A DNA stretch of 64,000 nt from Octopus sinensis (taxonomy: Eukaryota): contig NC_043005.1 of the NCBI RefSeq assembly GCF_006345805.1, forward strand, positions 65,844,001 through 65,908,000, read 5' to 3'. Numbering within the stretch: position 1 is the first letter of the stretch; each line of letters begins with the position of its first letter. Position numbers and translations under genes: made by a program. The notes beneath the pieces were generated by a model. That model saw only the letters and a list, made by a program, of their open reading frames with translations, ran no database searches and was not told the origin of the DNA. This document shows, piece by piece, positions 1 through 12,794 of the stretch.

Positions 1-620
1 GACTGAGCAGTTTCCATTCTGAGAAAGAACCATCAGAGTGAATGTCTCTTATGACTGAACAATCCTGAGTAAACTTGGAAGGCACCCAATATTGATAACA
101 ATACAGAAGAGGCCATCTCTACTAACAATGCTGAAGGTCTTTGTGAGTTCAATGAAAGCAATGTAGACTGATTGCCTTTGCTCTTTGCATTTATCTTGTA
201 ATTATGGAATGCTCTGGCCTGAAGCCCCACTGAGACTCAAGACATACTTTTTCAGCAATTTTCTTTTATCTGTTTAAGGCCATATGAGCAAAGACCTTTC
301 CAATGATACTCAACAAGGAGATCCCTCTGTACTTGTTGCAATCACTTCTATCTTCTTTGTTTTTGTACAAGCTGACAATACTGAAGTCTCTCATTTTCTG
401 TGGCACTCTTCCCTCTTTTTCAGCACTTGCTCAGTTCTTTGTGTAGATGGTGCAACAGGACACCTTTTCAACACCTGATGGCCTCTGGTGGAACTTTATC
501 AAATCCTGATACTTTTCCAATAAGGAAGACAGAGGCTTTATTCAGCTCTTCAGCGATTGGTAATACATAAAGTTTCTTTATTACAAGACACAGGTATTTC
601 CCTGTATCTAGTGTACTGTC
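1..620 (-). mobile_element. RTE (BovB-like) LINE, decayed RT fragment
   Basis: Minus strand reads, with stops and frameshifts, ...SIVSLYKNKEDRSDCNKYRGISLLSIIGKVFA...ESQWGFRP...YIAFIELTKTFSIVSRDGL, matching RTE RT subdomains 1-3. Confidence 0.85.
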
Positions 621-1158
621 CAAAATAGTGCTTATTGTAAAGTAGAGTTCAGAGTAATCTACTACTCATCTTTCTATCTGCTTGCCTGTCTTTGATGGTT
701 TTGCTTACTACAGTTTACAGTTGTGCTGTCTTGCTCATGGTTGGGCCAATGGCTTTTTTTTTATCCCATCCATACACTCTGTGGATATCACCTGTGTTAA
801 ATGATAGAATATTTTTGTAAAATTGTAGCTATAGTCATTTGCCCAGGGTCCACAAAACTGCTTAACACAAAAAATCATGACAGCTTCAACACTAAGAGTA
901 ACAGAAAAAAAAATCAATAAAAAAAGATTCACTTTAGATATACTCTTCACTCCTTAATATCAACAAGATACACTATATTCACCTTTTGACATGCACTGCA
1001 GTAGTAGTAGCTTCCATTTCGTATTGTGACACATAGTGCAGTCTCCACATTTTCATATGCATTGTAGGTGCAACTTTTACATTTCAATATGTACTGAAGG
1101 TATAGCTGTCATCCGCCAACATGTACTACAAATGTAAACTTCGTCCTTTGACATTTAA

Positions 1159-1373
1159 CCCATTTGTTACCAACCTGGCTGAAACTGGCTCTGTAATACA
1201 AATGTCTTGTTTTCATAAGTTTTTAATCAAAATCTTCCACCAAACCTTAGTGACAATTTATGTTCCTAACACTAGCTTAATGATAACTAAGTTATTTTAC
1301 TAAATTCTTTGTTATATTTAAAATAATTGAAAGAAACACAGAGCTTCTCAAAATAAATATGGTAACAAAAGGG
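1159..1373. mobile_element. piggyBac-like MITE (215 bp)
   Basis: TTAA|CCCATTTGTTACC ... GGTAACAAAAGGG|TTAA: TIRs with TTAA on both sides. A second copy lies at 55127-55347. Confidence 0.8.
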
Positions 1374-1665
1374 TTAATGCTCGTACAGCCCTTAGATTTG
1401 GATATACACTATCTACAAAGAGTTCAACGTTTTATGAGTACAGTATGTACAATTAATACTCTTGACTTGTATTGTGTTTACAGCCCAACTTTGATATACA
1501 CTGCATATTTCTGACATACATTGCCAACAAAAACAAATATATAATCTTTTAGCTTACACAGATGTATATCTTAAGAAAAATAAAATGAAACCAATTGAAA
1601 GTAACTGATATAACTGGAATCATTCAATATTCTTGTATGAATGATACTTATTTGATAAAGGATAC

Positions 1666-1741
1666 TTGCAGAATGTTTCAATGACATATGGTAAACTGAT
1701 GGGTATGAAGGAATTGTTTGGAACATAATTACTGACAGCAA
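1666..1741 (-). CDS. MBTPS2: Site-2 protease late internal exon (76 nt), (V)AVSNYVPNNSFIPISLPYVIETFCK
   Basis: Acceptor ttttcactag, donor gtatcc. Phase 1 start fits the 2909-3104 exon. Resembles vertebrate S2P [26 protein letters not shown]. Confidence 0.85.
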
Positions 1742-2304
1742 CTAGTGAAAACAAAAAAGAAATAAATATTTCATTTAGTACATAAGAAAAAAAAACAAAA
1801 ACAAACAAACTTTATACTATTTAAAAAATAAAACTGAAGAAAAAAGATATAGTCTCAAATGAATTTTCATCTAGTTTATAAAAGATAATTTACTGACTAT
1901 GAAAAAAATGAAAAGCAATGTCAACCCTCGAGAGATTTGAACTCACAATATAGAGGGATAAAACTATAAGAAATTTAATCCAATGCTTCAATATTTTTTG
2001 CCACACTACTGCCCTTAAATTGCAGAAATATTAATTTACTTTTAAATAAGCACAAGTGCCAAAGTAGACTTGAATGAAACCAAGTTACTGATATTTATTT
2101 ATCAAGTTACTGATATTCACTCTTCAGAATTCACATACCATAGGTTAGTTTTACATTTTATCGGTTCAAATGTGAAAGAAAGAGCATTAAACTAATTACC
2201 AATACAATGTCAAAGAAATTGTTCTAGCATCATGTCGAAAGTAAATTAATATCACAATTTCTAAGGCAGCAAACTGGCAGAACCATTAGCATGCTGGGCA
2301 AAAT

Positions 2305-2502
2305 CCTTCTCTTTTACTTGTTTCAGTCATTTGACTTTGGCCATGCTGGAGCACTGCCTTTAGTCGAGCAAATTGAACCCAGGACTTATTCTTTGGAAGC
2401 CTAGTACTTAATCTATCGGTCTCTTTTTACTGAACCGCTAAGTTACAGGGATGTAAACACACCACCATCGGTTGTCAAGCGACGTTGGGGGGACAAACAC
2501 AG

Positions 2503-2546
<44 letters not shown>

Positions 2547-2728
2547 TATATATACACATATATACGATGGGCTTCTTTCAGTTTCTGTCTACCAAATCCA
2601 CTCACAAGGCTTTGGTTAGCCTGAGGCTATAGTAGAAGACACTTGCCCAAGATGTGACGCAGTGGGAATGAACCCAGATCCATGTGGTTGGTAAGCAAGC
2701 TACTTACCACACAGCCACTCCTGCGCCT
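2305..2728 (-). mobile_element. tRNA-head SINE family B (head GGCGCAGGAGTGGCTGTGTGG, internal TA/TG tract, tail GGTGCTCCAGCATGGCC..GACTGAAACAAG)
   Basis: Same sequence recurs at 4978-5358, 22840-23205, 60780-61170 and 61258-62110. Confidence 0.85.
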
Positions 2729-2908
2729 ATAAATAAATATGTTTCAAATCTAACAAGACAGAAAAAGAAACTGAAAAGTAAAGTACAATATTATATAAAC
2801 TATATTTAAAAAAAAAAAGCTAAAATAAAATCAGTACCAGGAAAAAATCTCTATTGTAATACCACCACCACCATCAAAAAAAGATGAAAAAGAATAAGCA
2901 ATAATTAC

Positions 2909-3104
2909 CGGAATAATGAAGGTCTAGAGGATCTCCAAGGAAAAGCAATGGTGGTTTATGACCATGAATGATTCGAAGAAGTCGGGTTTTATTATCTAAT
3001 GCAGGGTAAACACAAGTTGTCTCTACTTTTGGAGTGTAACAGTCACTTCGAAATTTACAACTTGGACGATCTGTTGTGGTTCTGGCTGGTAGACAAGCAA
3101 ACTT
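2909..3104 (-). CDS. MBTPS2: Site-2 protease Cys-rich region exon (196 nt), KFACLPARTTTDRPSCKFRSDCYTPKVETTCVYPALDNKTRLLRIIHGHKPPLLFLGDPLDLHYS
   Basis: Acceptor ttttctctcttgtag, donor gtaatt, open frame. Aligns by eye with vertebrate S2P CLPARK...C...DC...C..P.L...TRL....H....L..G.PL.LHY. Confidence 0.9.
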
Positions 3105-4241
3105 CTACAAGAGAGAAAAAAAATGAATTATGTCTGTTGATATTTAACTCAATTCTATATTTACTCTGATTCTATAATAGCTTAATCACAAGAGGAAGTG
3201 TAGCATCTGTGACTTATTGTAGCAAAAATTTCTAACATTTTTTCTTACCCTGATATTATATATATATACATATATATATATATTAAGGGAACACAAATGG
3301 CATTTAAAATTTGGAACTGTTTCAGTAGAGTTTTATTGATGTATTCATAAGTTACATCATAACATATAATCAACCATCTTTAGGTAAAATTTTAAACAGC
3401 TAAGATATCAAACAGGTGAGATTTCATACACTGGACATGATGAATCCAAAGTTGTTAGAGAAGTGGTTCTTTAAAAAAAAATAACATTCAAAATTATAGG
3501 AAAATTAGGTGTGGCTTGAACAAGCATATGAGAAGTAAAGAGAACAAATGACTATATTGTTTAAATTCACTTATTTGAATTAGATTATAGCTGACATTGG
3601 CATTGAGAAGTACAAGAATAACAAACAAGTTGTAATCTTGAGTTGACACTAAAGGTCATCAGAACCAAGCAGATATTTTGACAGTTAAATGAAATAAAAG
3701 ACAAACCTCAGAGCAGCAGAAATCTATATAACTGTCACCAACTTTACTTCTCATTCTATCCAACTTAAGTACCTTGTACTTATGTATTTACACACACATA
3801 TCTACACATGCACACACACATATATACACATGCACACACACATATATACATATGCATACATACACACACGTAAAGCAGATGTGCTTTAAGGGGAAACAGC
3901 TGGGATTCACTCTATCTATCTATATGAGTATGTATATATATAAAACTGAGAATGTATGTGTGTGTGTGTGTCTGTCTGTCTGTCTGTATGTATGTGTGCA
4001 CCACTAAAACTTGAGAAATACCCGATTTCATTCAAATTTTACACACACCATACTTAGGGTCGATGGTGTGTCATGGGCCCCAAAAATTTTCAACTTCTTG
4101 CCTAATGCAAGCAATCTCTTATCTCTTACACTGTTTTGGTATTACATGTCAAAAGTGGAACAATAACATCTCTATTGTAATGTGATATAATACTTTCACT
4201 ATTATATCGTTTCAATTTCCATTACTTTCACTATGTATATA

Positions 4242-4744
4242 CCATAAATCTTCGAGTATAATCTGCATTTTTTTCCCAAAATTTAAAGGACAAAATCCTT
4301 AGTGCATACTATATATGAGGTTAAAAATGAAAAATATTTTCTAAGCAATGTCTGAGTCTCTATTTGCTGTCTGGCAATTTTTATTCAGACACATTTTGTG
4401 ATGTCGGGTGCGAAAATACCTTAAGCTAAGCCTGAAAGTAATGAAGAATCATCTATAACTTGCAGTAAGCAACATTTATTAAAATAAAAGTATTCAGAAC
4501 ACAGAATAACATGTAACAAAAACAATTTGCCAACATATTTACATTCCCATATAACAGTTAAGAACATTACCATTGTTGTATTATGCATGCGCGGAAGTGT
4601 TTGTTCGACTAGGTACTGCTGCTTAATTACGCACGACTCAAGTTAGAGAAGGGGGTGCGTATTATACACAAGGTTTAGGTTTTTCAGAGGTAAAACCCAC
4701 TAAAGATCCCCTGTGTATTATACTCAAGGGCAAACTATTATTGG
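4242..4744. mobile_element. pogo/Tc1-like MITE, degenerate copy
   Basis: TA|CCATAAATCTTCGAGTATAATCTGC start. The body is the reverse complement of the 56708-57221 element. Confidence 0.75.
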
Positions 4745-4756
4745 TATAAATGTAAA

Positions 4757-4935
4757 CTTGTAATTTGGATATAGAAGCTGGCGATTTGTCCATAGTTATC
4801 CTCTTTCTCCTTGATTTTCAAAGAGATATTCACATCAGCAGAGCAGCTGGCCTCTATGATGGTACATATCTTCTTTTGTCCATCCCAAACAAGAATATCT
4901 GGCCTGTTATGCTTACACTTGACAGATGTTATGAT
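4757..4935 (-). mobile_element. REL (PD-(D/E)xK-like) endonuclease fragment of an R4/Dong-like non-LTR retrotransposon
   Basis: Minus frame KCKHNRPDILVWDGQKKICTIIEASCSADVNISLKIKEKEDNYGQ matches the RPD...IE.SC..D...KEK..Y motif. Confidence 0.75.
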
Positions 4936-4977
4936 GGAAATAAATAAATAAATAAATGTATGTATGTATGTATACTC

Positions 4978-5358
4978 TTTACTCTTTTACTTGTTTCAGT
5001 CATTAAACTGCACCCATGCTGGAGCACCACCTTTAGTCGAGCAAATCAACCCCAGGATTTATTCTTTGGAAACCTAGTACTTATTCTATCGGTCTCTATT
5101 GGCAAACCACTAAGTTACAGGGACATAAACACACCACCATCTGTTGTCAAGCGATGTTGGGGGGACAAACACAGACACACAAACATACATATATACAACG
5201 GGTTTCTTTCAGTTTCCATCTACCAAATCCACTCACAAGGCTTTGGTCAGCCCGAGGCTATATTAGAAGACACTTGCCCAAGGTGCCATGCAGTGGGAAT
5301 GAACCTGGAGCCATGTGGTTGGTAAGCAAGCTACTTACTACACAGCCACTCCTGCCCC
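4978..5358 (-). mobile_element. SINE family B copy ending at the assembly gap
   Basis: Closely similar to 2305-2728; the head abuts the N run. Confidence 0.85.
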
Positions 5359-5359
5359 A

Positions 5360-5459
5360 NNNNNNNNNNNNNNNNNNNNNNNNNNNNNNNNNNNNNNNNN
5401 NNNNNNNNNNNNNNNNNNNNNNNNNNNNNNNNNNNNNNNNNNNNNNNNNNNNNNNNNNN
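5360..5459. other. Assembly gap (100 N)
   Basis: Exactly 100 Ns, typical of an unsized scaffold join. Confidence 0.99.
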
Positions 5460-5460
5460 G

Positions 5461-6900
5461 GCTGCCCCCTCGTTATCAAGTATGGCCATTGCACAAAGCT
5501 TAACTGTTACTGGTGCTGTGATCGAATGTGACTTTTTAGCCCAGCTAAAGATCTACAATGTCTTGTACAGAATTGGCAGCTAAAACCATTACCAGTAATA
5601 GCTGGCTGTAGTTGTAACTGGGCTTCATGTACCTTTGCATGTCATTTAAGTCCTCCTGCCGAATTACACTCTCTTCCACATGCCCGACATATGATTAGTA
5701 TGGTGTGTAACACCACCACCAGTGGCCAGGTTGTCACTCATCTGTCTCGCTTTATGACTACGAAGATGACTCTTGAGTCCAGCTTTACTGAGGCAGGGTC
5801 TTGCACAGACACTGCATGTCAGCATCATAGGAAGACCCTTCCCATCTTGAAGTGTAACAGCGATGCCCTTCCTGACAACCCTCCTTACTTTCTCATGCAC
5901 AACTCAAGATTTCTCAAAAGTAGCTGTCCCCTCATGCACAATCCTTCTCCACCTGCTACAATTAATAGCTATGCCCTCCCATGTATCAGGAGAGATGCAA
6001 GCATCTCTTAAAGAAACCTTCAGCAAGTCCTTATACCTCTTTTTTGGTTTATGTGGGGATCGTTCTCCTTTAGCTAACTCTCCATAAAAGAGTTGTTTTG
6101 GCATCCTTGAATCCATCATCCTGACCAGATGACCACTCCATCTGAGCCTTTGCTTTAACACAAGAACTTCTATAATTTCGCACCGAGAGCCTTCCAATAT
6201 TTCAAGATCACTGATGTGGTCCTCCCACTTAATGCCGTAGATCCGTCTGAGACACATCTGATGGAAACGTTCCAGTTGTTTAAGGTGGTATCGATATGTG
6301 ACCCACGTATCGCAGGCATAGAGAAGAGAAGGGAGCACACATGCCTTGTACACCTTTATCTTTGTCCGTACATTCCAACAGCCAATATTCAATATTTTAT
6401 TTGGTTCAATCACAGTAGCATGATGATGGCTGGGTTCAGAGTGATGTTCTGGAGCCCCTGCCAGGCCAGACTCTTCTGATGTGGTTCCAGAGTCCTTGCT
6501 GCCATTTATTTTTATACTGTTTTGGTACATCATTGATTATTTGCTTTTAAGGCTACAGCCAGCCATTCAGTCGAGACTCACAGCACTCTCAACAATCATG
6601 AATTAGTTAATCAATTTAATCAATCAATCAATGTTGTTATCGTGCAATGCCTGTGCAAGAGGATTTTTTTTAAAGTGAGGAAAGGCTGTGCACAGAGTCA
6701 ATCCCACTCACTAAGCAACAGCAACCATAATCCAAAAAGAAGAACAAGTCAACATCATCGGCAACTACTGAGCCGCAGGTTTTATGTAGGAGCTATCCCA
6801 GTTACCTGAGTTGCCTTCTCCTAGAAGGATGCCCTAACAAAAGCTAGGGGTCCTTCATTCTCAATGGTTTAACCGCACGATCGGGTATTCAATCCGATTA
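5461..6900 (-). mobile_element. Internally deleted RTE (BovB-like) LINE with two C-terminal C2H2 fingers
   Basis: ORF 5904-6533 joins the EN N-terminal motif LNIGCWNVRT directly to post-RT KIKVYKACVLPSLLY..W...RLRWSGHLVRM..R.PKQLFYGEL. Downstream are CSVCARPCLSKAGLKSHLRSH and CRACGRECNSAGGLK*HAKVH. Confidence 0.85.
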
Positions 6901-7434
6901 TTTCTATGCCCCGCGCATGATACAGCCTTAAGCTGGATAAAATTGATATAAAGAGAAAGAAAGAAAAAAGAAACATACGATATATATATAAAAAACATTG
7001 ATATACAAAATATATATAAAATATATGATGTGAAGTATATAAAAATTTATATAATGAGCAAGCTATAAAAATATACAATATATAAAAATTAGTGAGAAAA
7101 AGGCAGATATACAGTAAATATATAATTACACATTTATTGGATGGCCGTTGACTCTCAAGAGTTCCTCCGCCCTTTGACACATTTTGTTTTTCATCCCACA
7201 GGGTGTCCAATAAAAACCCTCCTCACCAAGCAAGCTTGGTGAGGTTGCCGGTTTATTTGCCGACGGCCCGACAATGCAACAGGTTGTACCGGGTTACATG
7301 TTACCAGTAGCACTCAAAAGTGACCTCCTACATATAAAAACATATATACCTACATACGTAAACATATATACATACATATCCACATATACATACATATATA
7401 TATGTATATATATGTGTATATATATATATATATA

Positions 7435-7473
<39 letters not shown>

Positions 7474-7720
7474 TATATTTACCTTCAACATGCTGGAGAA
7501 AGGTCATTTTCACCCGATCTCCCTTGATATAATTCTGTACATTATTATTAATTTAATGTATTAATTGCCTATAAATTTTTATAGTATGCTGACTACTTGA
7601 TAAAAATCATTAACGTGATTTTTATCCTTATAGTCTTTTATATATATACACACACACACATACATACATACATACATGTATAAATATACATATATACCTA
7701 CATATTTATATATATGTATA

Positions 7721-7935
7721 TTAGGTTGGCAAGAAAATAATTCCGATTTTTTAGTGTGAAATAAAATTAATTTTTTTTCATACAAAGAATGAACTTTAAT
7801 CATTTATTTATTTTCCATTTTGTTCAATGACCTTTTGCCATCTTTCTGGCAACTTCATGATTCCGCACTCATAGAATTTCTGGTCCTTATCAACCAAAAA
7901 CTGAAGCAAGGGCAATTTCAGGTCATCATCATTAT
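7721..7935 (-). mobile_element. mariner transposon 3' fragment
   Basis: TA|TTAGGTTGGCAAGAAAATAATTCCG resembles Hsmar1-type TIRs. Minus frame FLVDKDQKFYECGIMKLPERWQKVIEQNGK is a mariner transposase C-terminus. Confidence 0.85.
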
Positions 7936-8129
7936 AGCAAGTTTTACCACTCAAAGAAATTGACGCTGAACTAACAGCTGTAAACAAAATATTGTGCAAT
8001 TCGTTTCAAAAGTAAGCTAAAAGTAACAGCTATCAAATCTCAAAAGGAAAACAAATCATAACATTGACAAAAGTTATTTAAAAAATCATAACTCTGTCTG
8101 CAAAAATTGAAATTACTTTCTTACCAACT

Positions 8130-8195
8130 CAATATATATATATATATACATATACACTCACGCACACACACACACATATATATACATATATACTT

Positions 8196-8230
<35 letters not shown>

Positions 8231-8933
8231 CATATATACATACATATAATATATCATACATATATATATAATACATATATATATATACATACATATATAC
8301 ATACATATACATAATACATATATATATATACATACATACAATATACATACATATATACATACATATACATACATATATAATACATACATATATATATACA
8401 TACATACATATATACATACATATATATATATACATACATATATACATACATATATATACATATATATATATACATACATATATACACATACATATATACA
8501 TACATACATATACATATATATATATATACATACATATATATATATATATAATACATACATATATACATACATATATATATATAATATATATATACATACA
8601 TACATATACATACATACATATATATACATACATGCACATATATACATACATACATACATATATATATACGTATATATATACATACATATACATATATATA
8701 TATACGTATATATATACATACATACATATATATATATATACGTATATATATACATACATATATATATATATACGTATATATATACATACATATACATATA
8801 TATATTATATATATATATATATATACATACATATACATATATACGTATATATATATACATACATATATACGTATATATATATACATACATATATATATAT
8901 ATATACACACACACAAATATATAAATATACATA

Positions 8934-8999
<66 letters not shown>

Positions 9000-9030
9000 T
9001 TATATATATACATACATATACATAGTATAT
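8130..9030. repeat. Compound (TA)n/(TACA)n microsatellite, about 900 bp
   Basis: Directly visible low-complexity tract. Confidence 0.98.
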
Positions 9031-9455
9031 GAATATTCTTGATGTGTATGATACAATTAACCTCTCTGCAATCTCTGTTTAACATGAGTTTAAATAACTA
9101 GTAAAAACAGCTGATCAATAAATTTTTAGCAGAGTAACCCATTAATTAACAATAAAGGACCAAACCAGTGCGCGGGTTTATTATTAATGGCATAATGCCC
9201 CTCCCAAGGCTCAATAGTATAGATATAGACTTGTACATACACACACACATATATATATATATATTTATATATACTTATCCATATACTTATATATATATAT
9301 ATTATATACATACATTTAAACATATATGCATTCATACATACACACATGTGTGTGTGTATGTATATATATATATATACACACACATATATATACACATATA
9401 AACATAAATATATATACATGCATAACCACACACACATGGATATATACATTCTCTC

Positions 9456-9488
<33 letters not shown>

Positions 9489-10939
9489 TGTGTGTGTGTG
9501 TGTGTGTGCGTGTGCATATATAAGTGTTAAGACCCATCCTTCCGATGGTGAAAAGAACTTATATGGTACCACATAAAATCATCCAGCACACTCTGAAGGG
9601 TGTTTGGTGTTAGGAAGAGCATCCAGCCATAGAAAAATGTGCCAAATTAGACTGGATTCTGGTGTAGCTCTTCAGCTTGCCAACTCTGGTGAAACTGTCC
9701 AACCCATGTTGATGTGAGAGAAAAAAAATGCAATGAATGAGACTCATTATTGAAAACTGCAACGATTGTAGTGGTTTTCAATGCAGTCTTGTGAATTCCA
9801 TTTTTTGTCTCATATCTCACATAAACCCTATGGACAGAAACAAATTCCTGAAGTAAATCCATTGGTATATACCTCAAACCTGTTGTGGACGTCAGATAGC
9901 CAAATACTGTGGACAGCCTTTAAACTGCATACTACAAGAGGTCTACATGAATATGAAATTATTATTATACACACACACACACAGACACAATATATATAGG
10001 GGTAGGACAGAGGGAGGAGTTTTTGCTGCATTTTTGACTTTGAGAAAAAAATACATTTCACAAATGTTCTCTACCTTACAAAACCTATATCAGTTAATAA
10101 AACGACCCTCTCTAAATGCATTAAATATACTATGACATTCAGAACACTATTTCAGAAAATTATCTCCGTTCTCTTTGTGCATATTAAAGACCTGTGCATA
10201 TTATGCACCTGGGGCAAAATGAGTAAGCAAGGCTAAGGTAAATTTGCCTCAGCACTTCTTGTGAATTATATTTGAAAACAGACTCATATACATCAATATC
10301 CATCCTAAGACATAAGAATAATCAGAAATGCAATAAAAATTTTAAATATCTAGGTCAAATGCAACATTTTCATGGGAAAATGATACATGATATGAAATTA
10401 ATAAAACTTGATGAAATGAAAAAAAAACTCAACATAAAATATTCTCTATAGCTTCTTCACAATCTGCCCGAGTGGTTTTCTTCTCAACATATTTGTGCAC
10501 CATGCAGTTAAAGATAAGAAATTACTGAAATTAATCATTACTCATTTTACCCCATTTTAGACATCATTTACCGAAATCGAAAATTATCGATGAGAAAAAA
10601 AATTGACTTGGAATCCAGCAGAGAAAAGATTATTGATTGCTAAACATCAAAAATTATCCAGATATTTTATTAGCAACCTCAATTACAATTGGGTCAAAGT
10701 TGAAGAAAAATCTCTTGTTAAAAAGTACTTGTCACCTGATTATGTCCCAAACTCTCTCAATTTCAACGACAACAACTATACTGACCAATTTTTACTCCTA
10801 AAGAGGATGCAATATTTTCAATTTAATGATTTCAAACAGGTAGGGAGAAAATAACGAGAAATCAGATGTTACTCCTTTTACCCTGATTACTAATTTTGCC
10901 CCACCCATTACCAATATATGTGTGCATATATACATACAT

Positions 10940-10990
10940 ACACATATTTGCGCACATACATACATACATACACACACACACATATTTGCG

Positions 10991-11024
<34 letters not shown>

Positions 11025-11279
11025 TATTTGCGCACATACATACATACACACACACACATATTTGCGCACATACATACATACACACACACACATTTGCGCA
11101 CATACATACATACACACACACACATATTTGCGCACATACATACACACACACACACATATTTGCGCACATACATACACACACACACACACATATTTGCGCA
11201 CATACATACATACACACACACACATATTTGCGCACATACATACATACACACACACACATATTTGCGCACATACATACAT

Positions 11280-11290
<11 letters not shown>
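10940..11290. repeat. Minisatellite, 10 units of about 32-40 bp: TATTTGCGCA(CATA)n(CA)n
   Basis: Ten occurrences of TTGCGCA counted, separated by variable CATA/CA spacers. Confidence 0.95.
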
Positions 11291-11310
<20 letters not shown>

Positions 11311-12283
11311 CATACACATATGCATATACATACATATATGCAAATAATATATGTATGTGTGTGTTAGATGGATGGGTTAAAATAAAAAAAGGAAAAGGAA
11401 AAATGTTTGACATCATTCGAAAACCATTTCATTTAGACAGAATATAAATAGATTCTCTTACAGCTGTTTCTAGAATAGCCAAGCATGTGGATCATGGTAT
11501 TGGGAAGGGTGCGTGTTTCGTAGAATGATCAGGATAAGTAGACATCAATACACCAGTATATACTTTTATTATTAATAGGCAGAAACAACAAAATGACTCA
11601 AATTTCCGAGTTAGTGTTATGCAAAAAAATTTAGACCTTTAAGTCACTTTGTTCATTTTGTCGATTAAAATTATATACGTTTGTGTGTATCTATATATAT
11701 ATATATATATATACATTAGCAATTCATATTCCTCATATATATATAACCCTAACCCTATATAAATTAGCATATGTATAAATTTATATACATGTATATAGGC
11801 ATATGTCTGTGAGTGTGTTTGTGTAGCTATATATAATTATAGATAGGGGTGGGAGAGAAAGAAATACATGCTTTACAGATACATATAATTATATAAGAGG
11901 AGAGAAGGGAACTGAATGAGAGCAATGAGAAAAATACATACACTTAAATATTTTTATGATTATAAAATAAATAATAATTACATTTAATGTGAACATTCTG
12001 TGAAAAAATGGACTCACTACAATAGCAGTTGTTATTAATTTTATCGACACTCAATAAAATTCTTAATCATTTGTTACAATGAGGAAAGATCGATAGATCG
12101 ACTGACAGACAGGCAGACAGACAGAAAGACAGCTAAATGGATATTTTGTGGAACGGAAAGATTGTCATCAATGTCACAGATGTGTGTGTGCACCTGTATG
12201 TGTGTGTGAGTGAGTGTGATGATTAAAGACATACGTACATTGATTTGACACACGTATATTTATGATTAGTAAATAACACCTAC

Positions 12284-12794
12284 TTCCCCATTCCTTAGCA
12301 GCGCTGACAGCTTTAGTTGAAACGTCTTCGATTGCTTGCTTCGCTGCTTCAATCTTCTCATCCACTTTATCTGGTCCTTCGGCATCTTCGTCGTCACTGC
12401 TGGTCGCGGGTTCAGAAGCATCCGAATTGGCTCCACCCTTGCGTGGTTTTTTCTTGCCAGGCAAAGGAGGAATATTAGGAGCGGCTGTGTCAGAGCCACT
12501 TTGTTCTGAGGCTGATTCTGTGACGGGAGATTCGTCACCACTTGATGCACCACCGCCGCCGCCACCGCCACCGCCGCCACCACCACCAGCTCCAGTTACA
12601 ACCGAAGTTGCCGTCGCCTCGGGACCAGGTGCAACAGCACTAGAAGCAGTGTCGTTCGTACTGCTTTCGGGCTGTTGAACGTCTTCTTTTCCATCTTGAG
12701 TCGGTTGCGCATCGGCTGATTCCTCAGCTGGTACGTTGCTATCCGAATCCTTTTTCTGAATGGCACCCCACCAGCTCGACACGGCATTAAACAT
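12284..12794 (-). CDS. SYAP1: Synapse-associated protein 1 / Sap47 homologue, first coding exon (MFNAVSSWWG...AAKEWG)
   Basis: ATG at 12794, donor gtaggt at 12283. The N-terminus resembles SYAP1 MFRGLSSWLG, and the exon end AKEWG(N/S) resembles QAKDFGN. The linker is acidic and Gly-rich. The BSD-domain exons were not found in the window. Confidence 0.8.

Noticed and set aside
3690-3790. Minus-strand DFCCSE followed by gtttgt, as a candidate missing MBTPS2 exon
   Set aside because: No polypyrimidine acceptor, and no similarity beyond the CC dipeptide.
5154-5531. ORFs spanning the N run
   Set aside because: Artefacts of the gap and of SINE sequence.
8121-9576. Long Y/I/M/C/V/H/T-rich ORFs (also at 10798-11447, 35558-36424, 43470-43715, 49293-50447, 51475-51943)
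   Set aside because: Translations of (TA)n/(CA)n/(TACA)n repeats, which lack stop codons; no protein signal.
10603-10854. 83-aa + strand ORF in the SYAP1 intron (also 14418-14648 and 33400-33700)
   Set aside because: No recognisable domain or consistent splice context; chance ORFs in AT-rich DNA.
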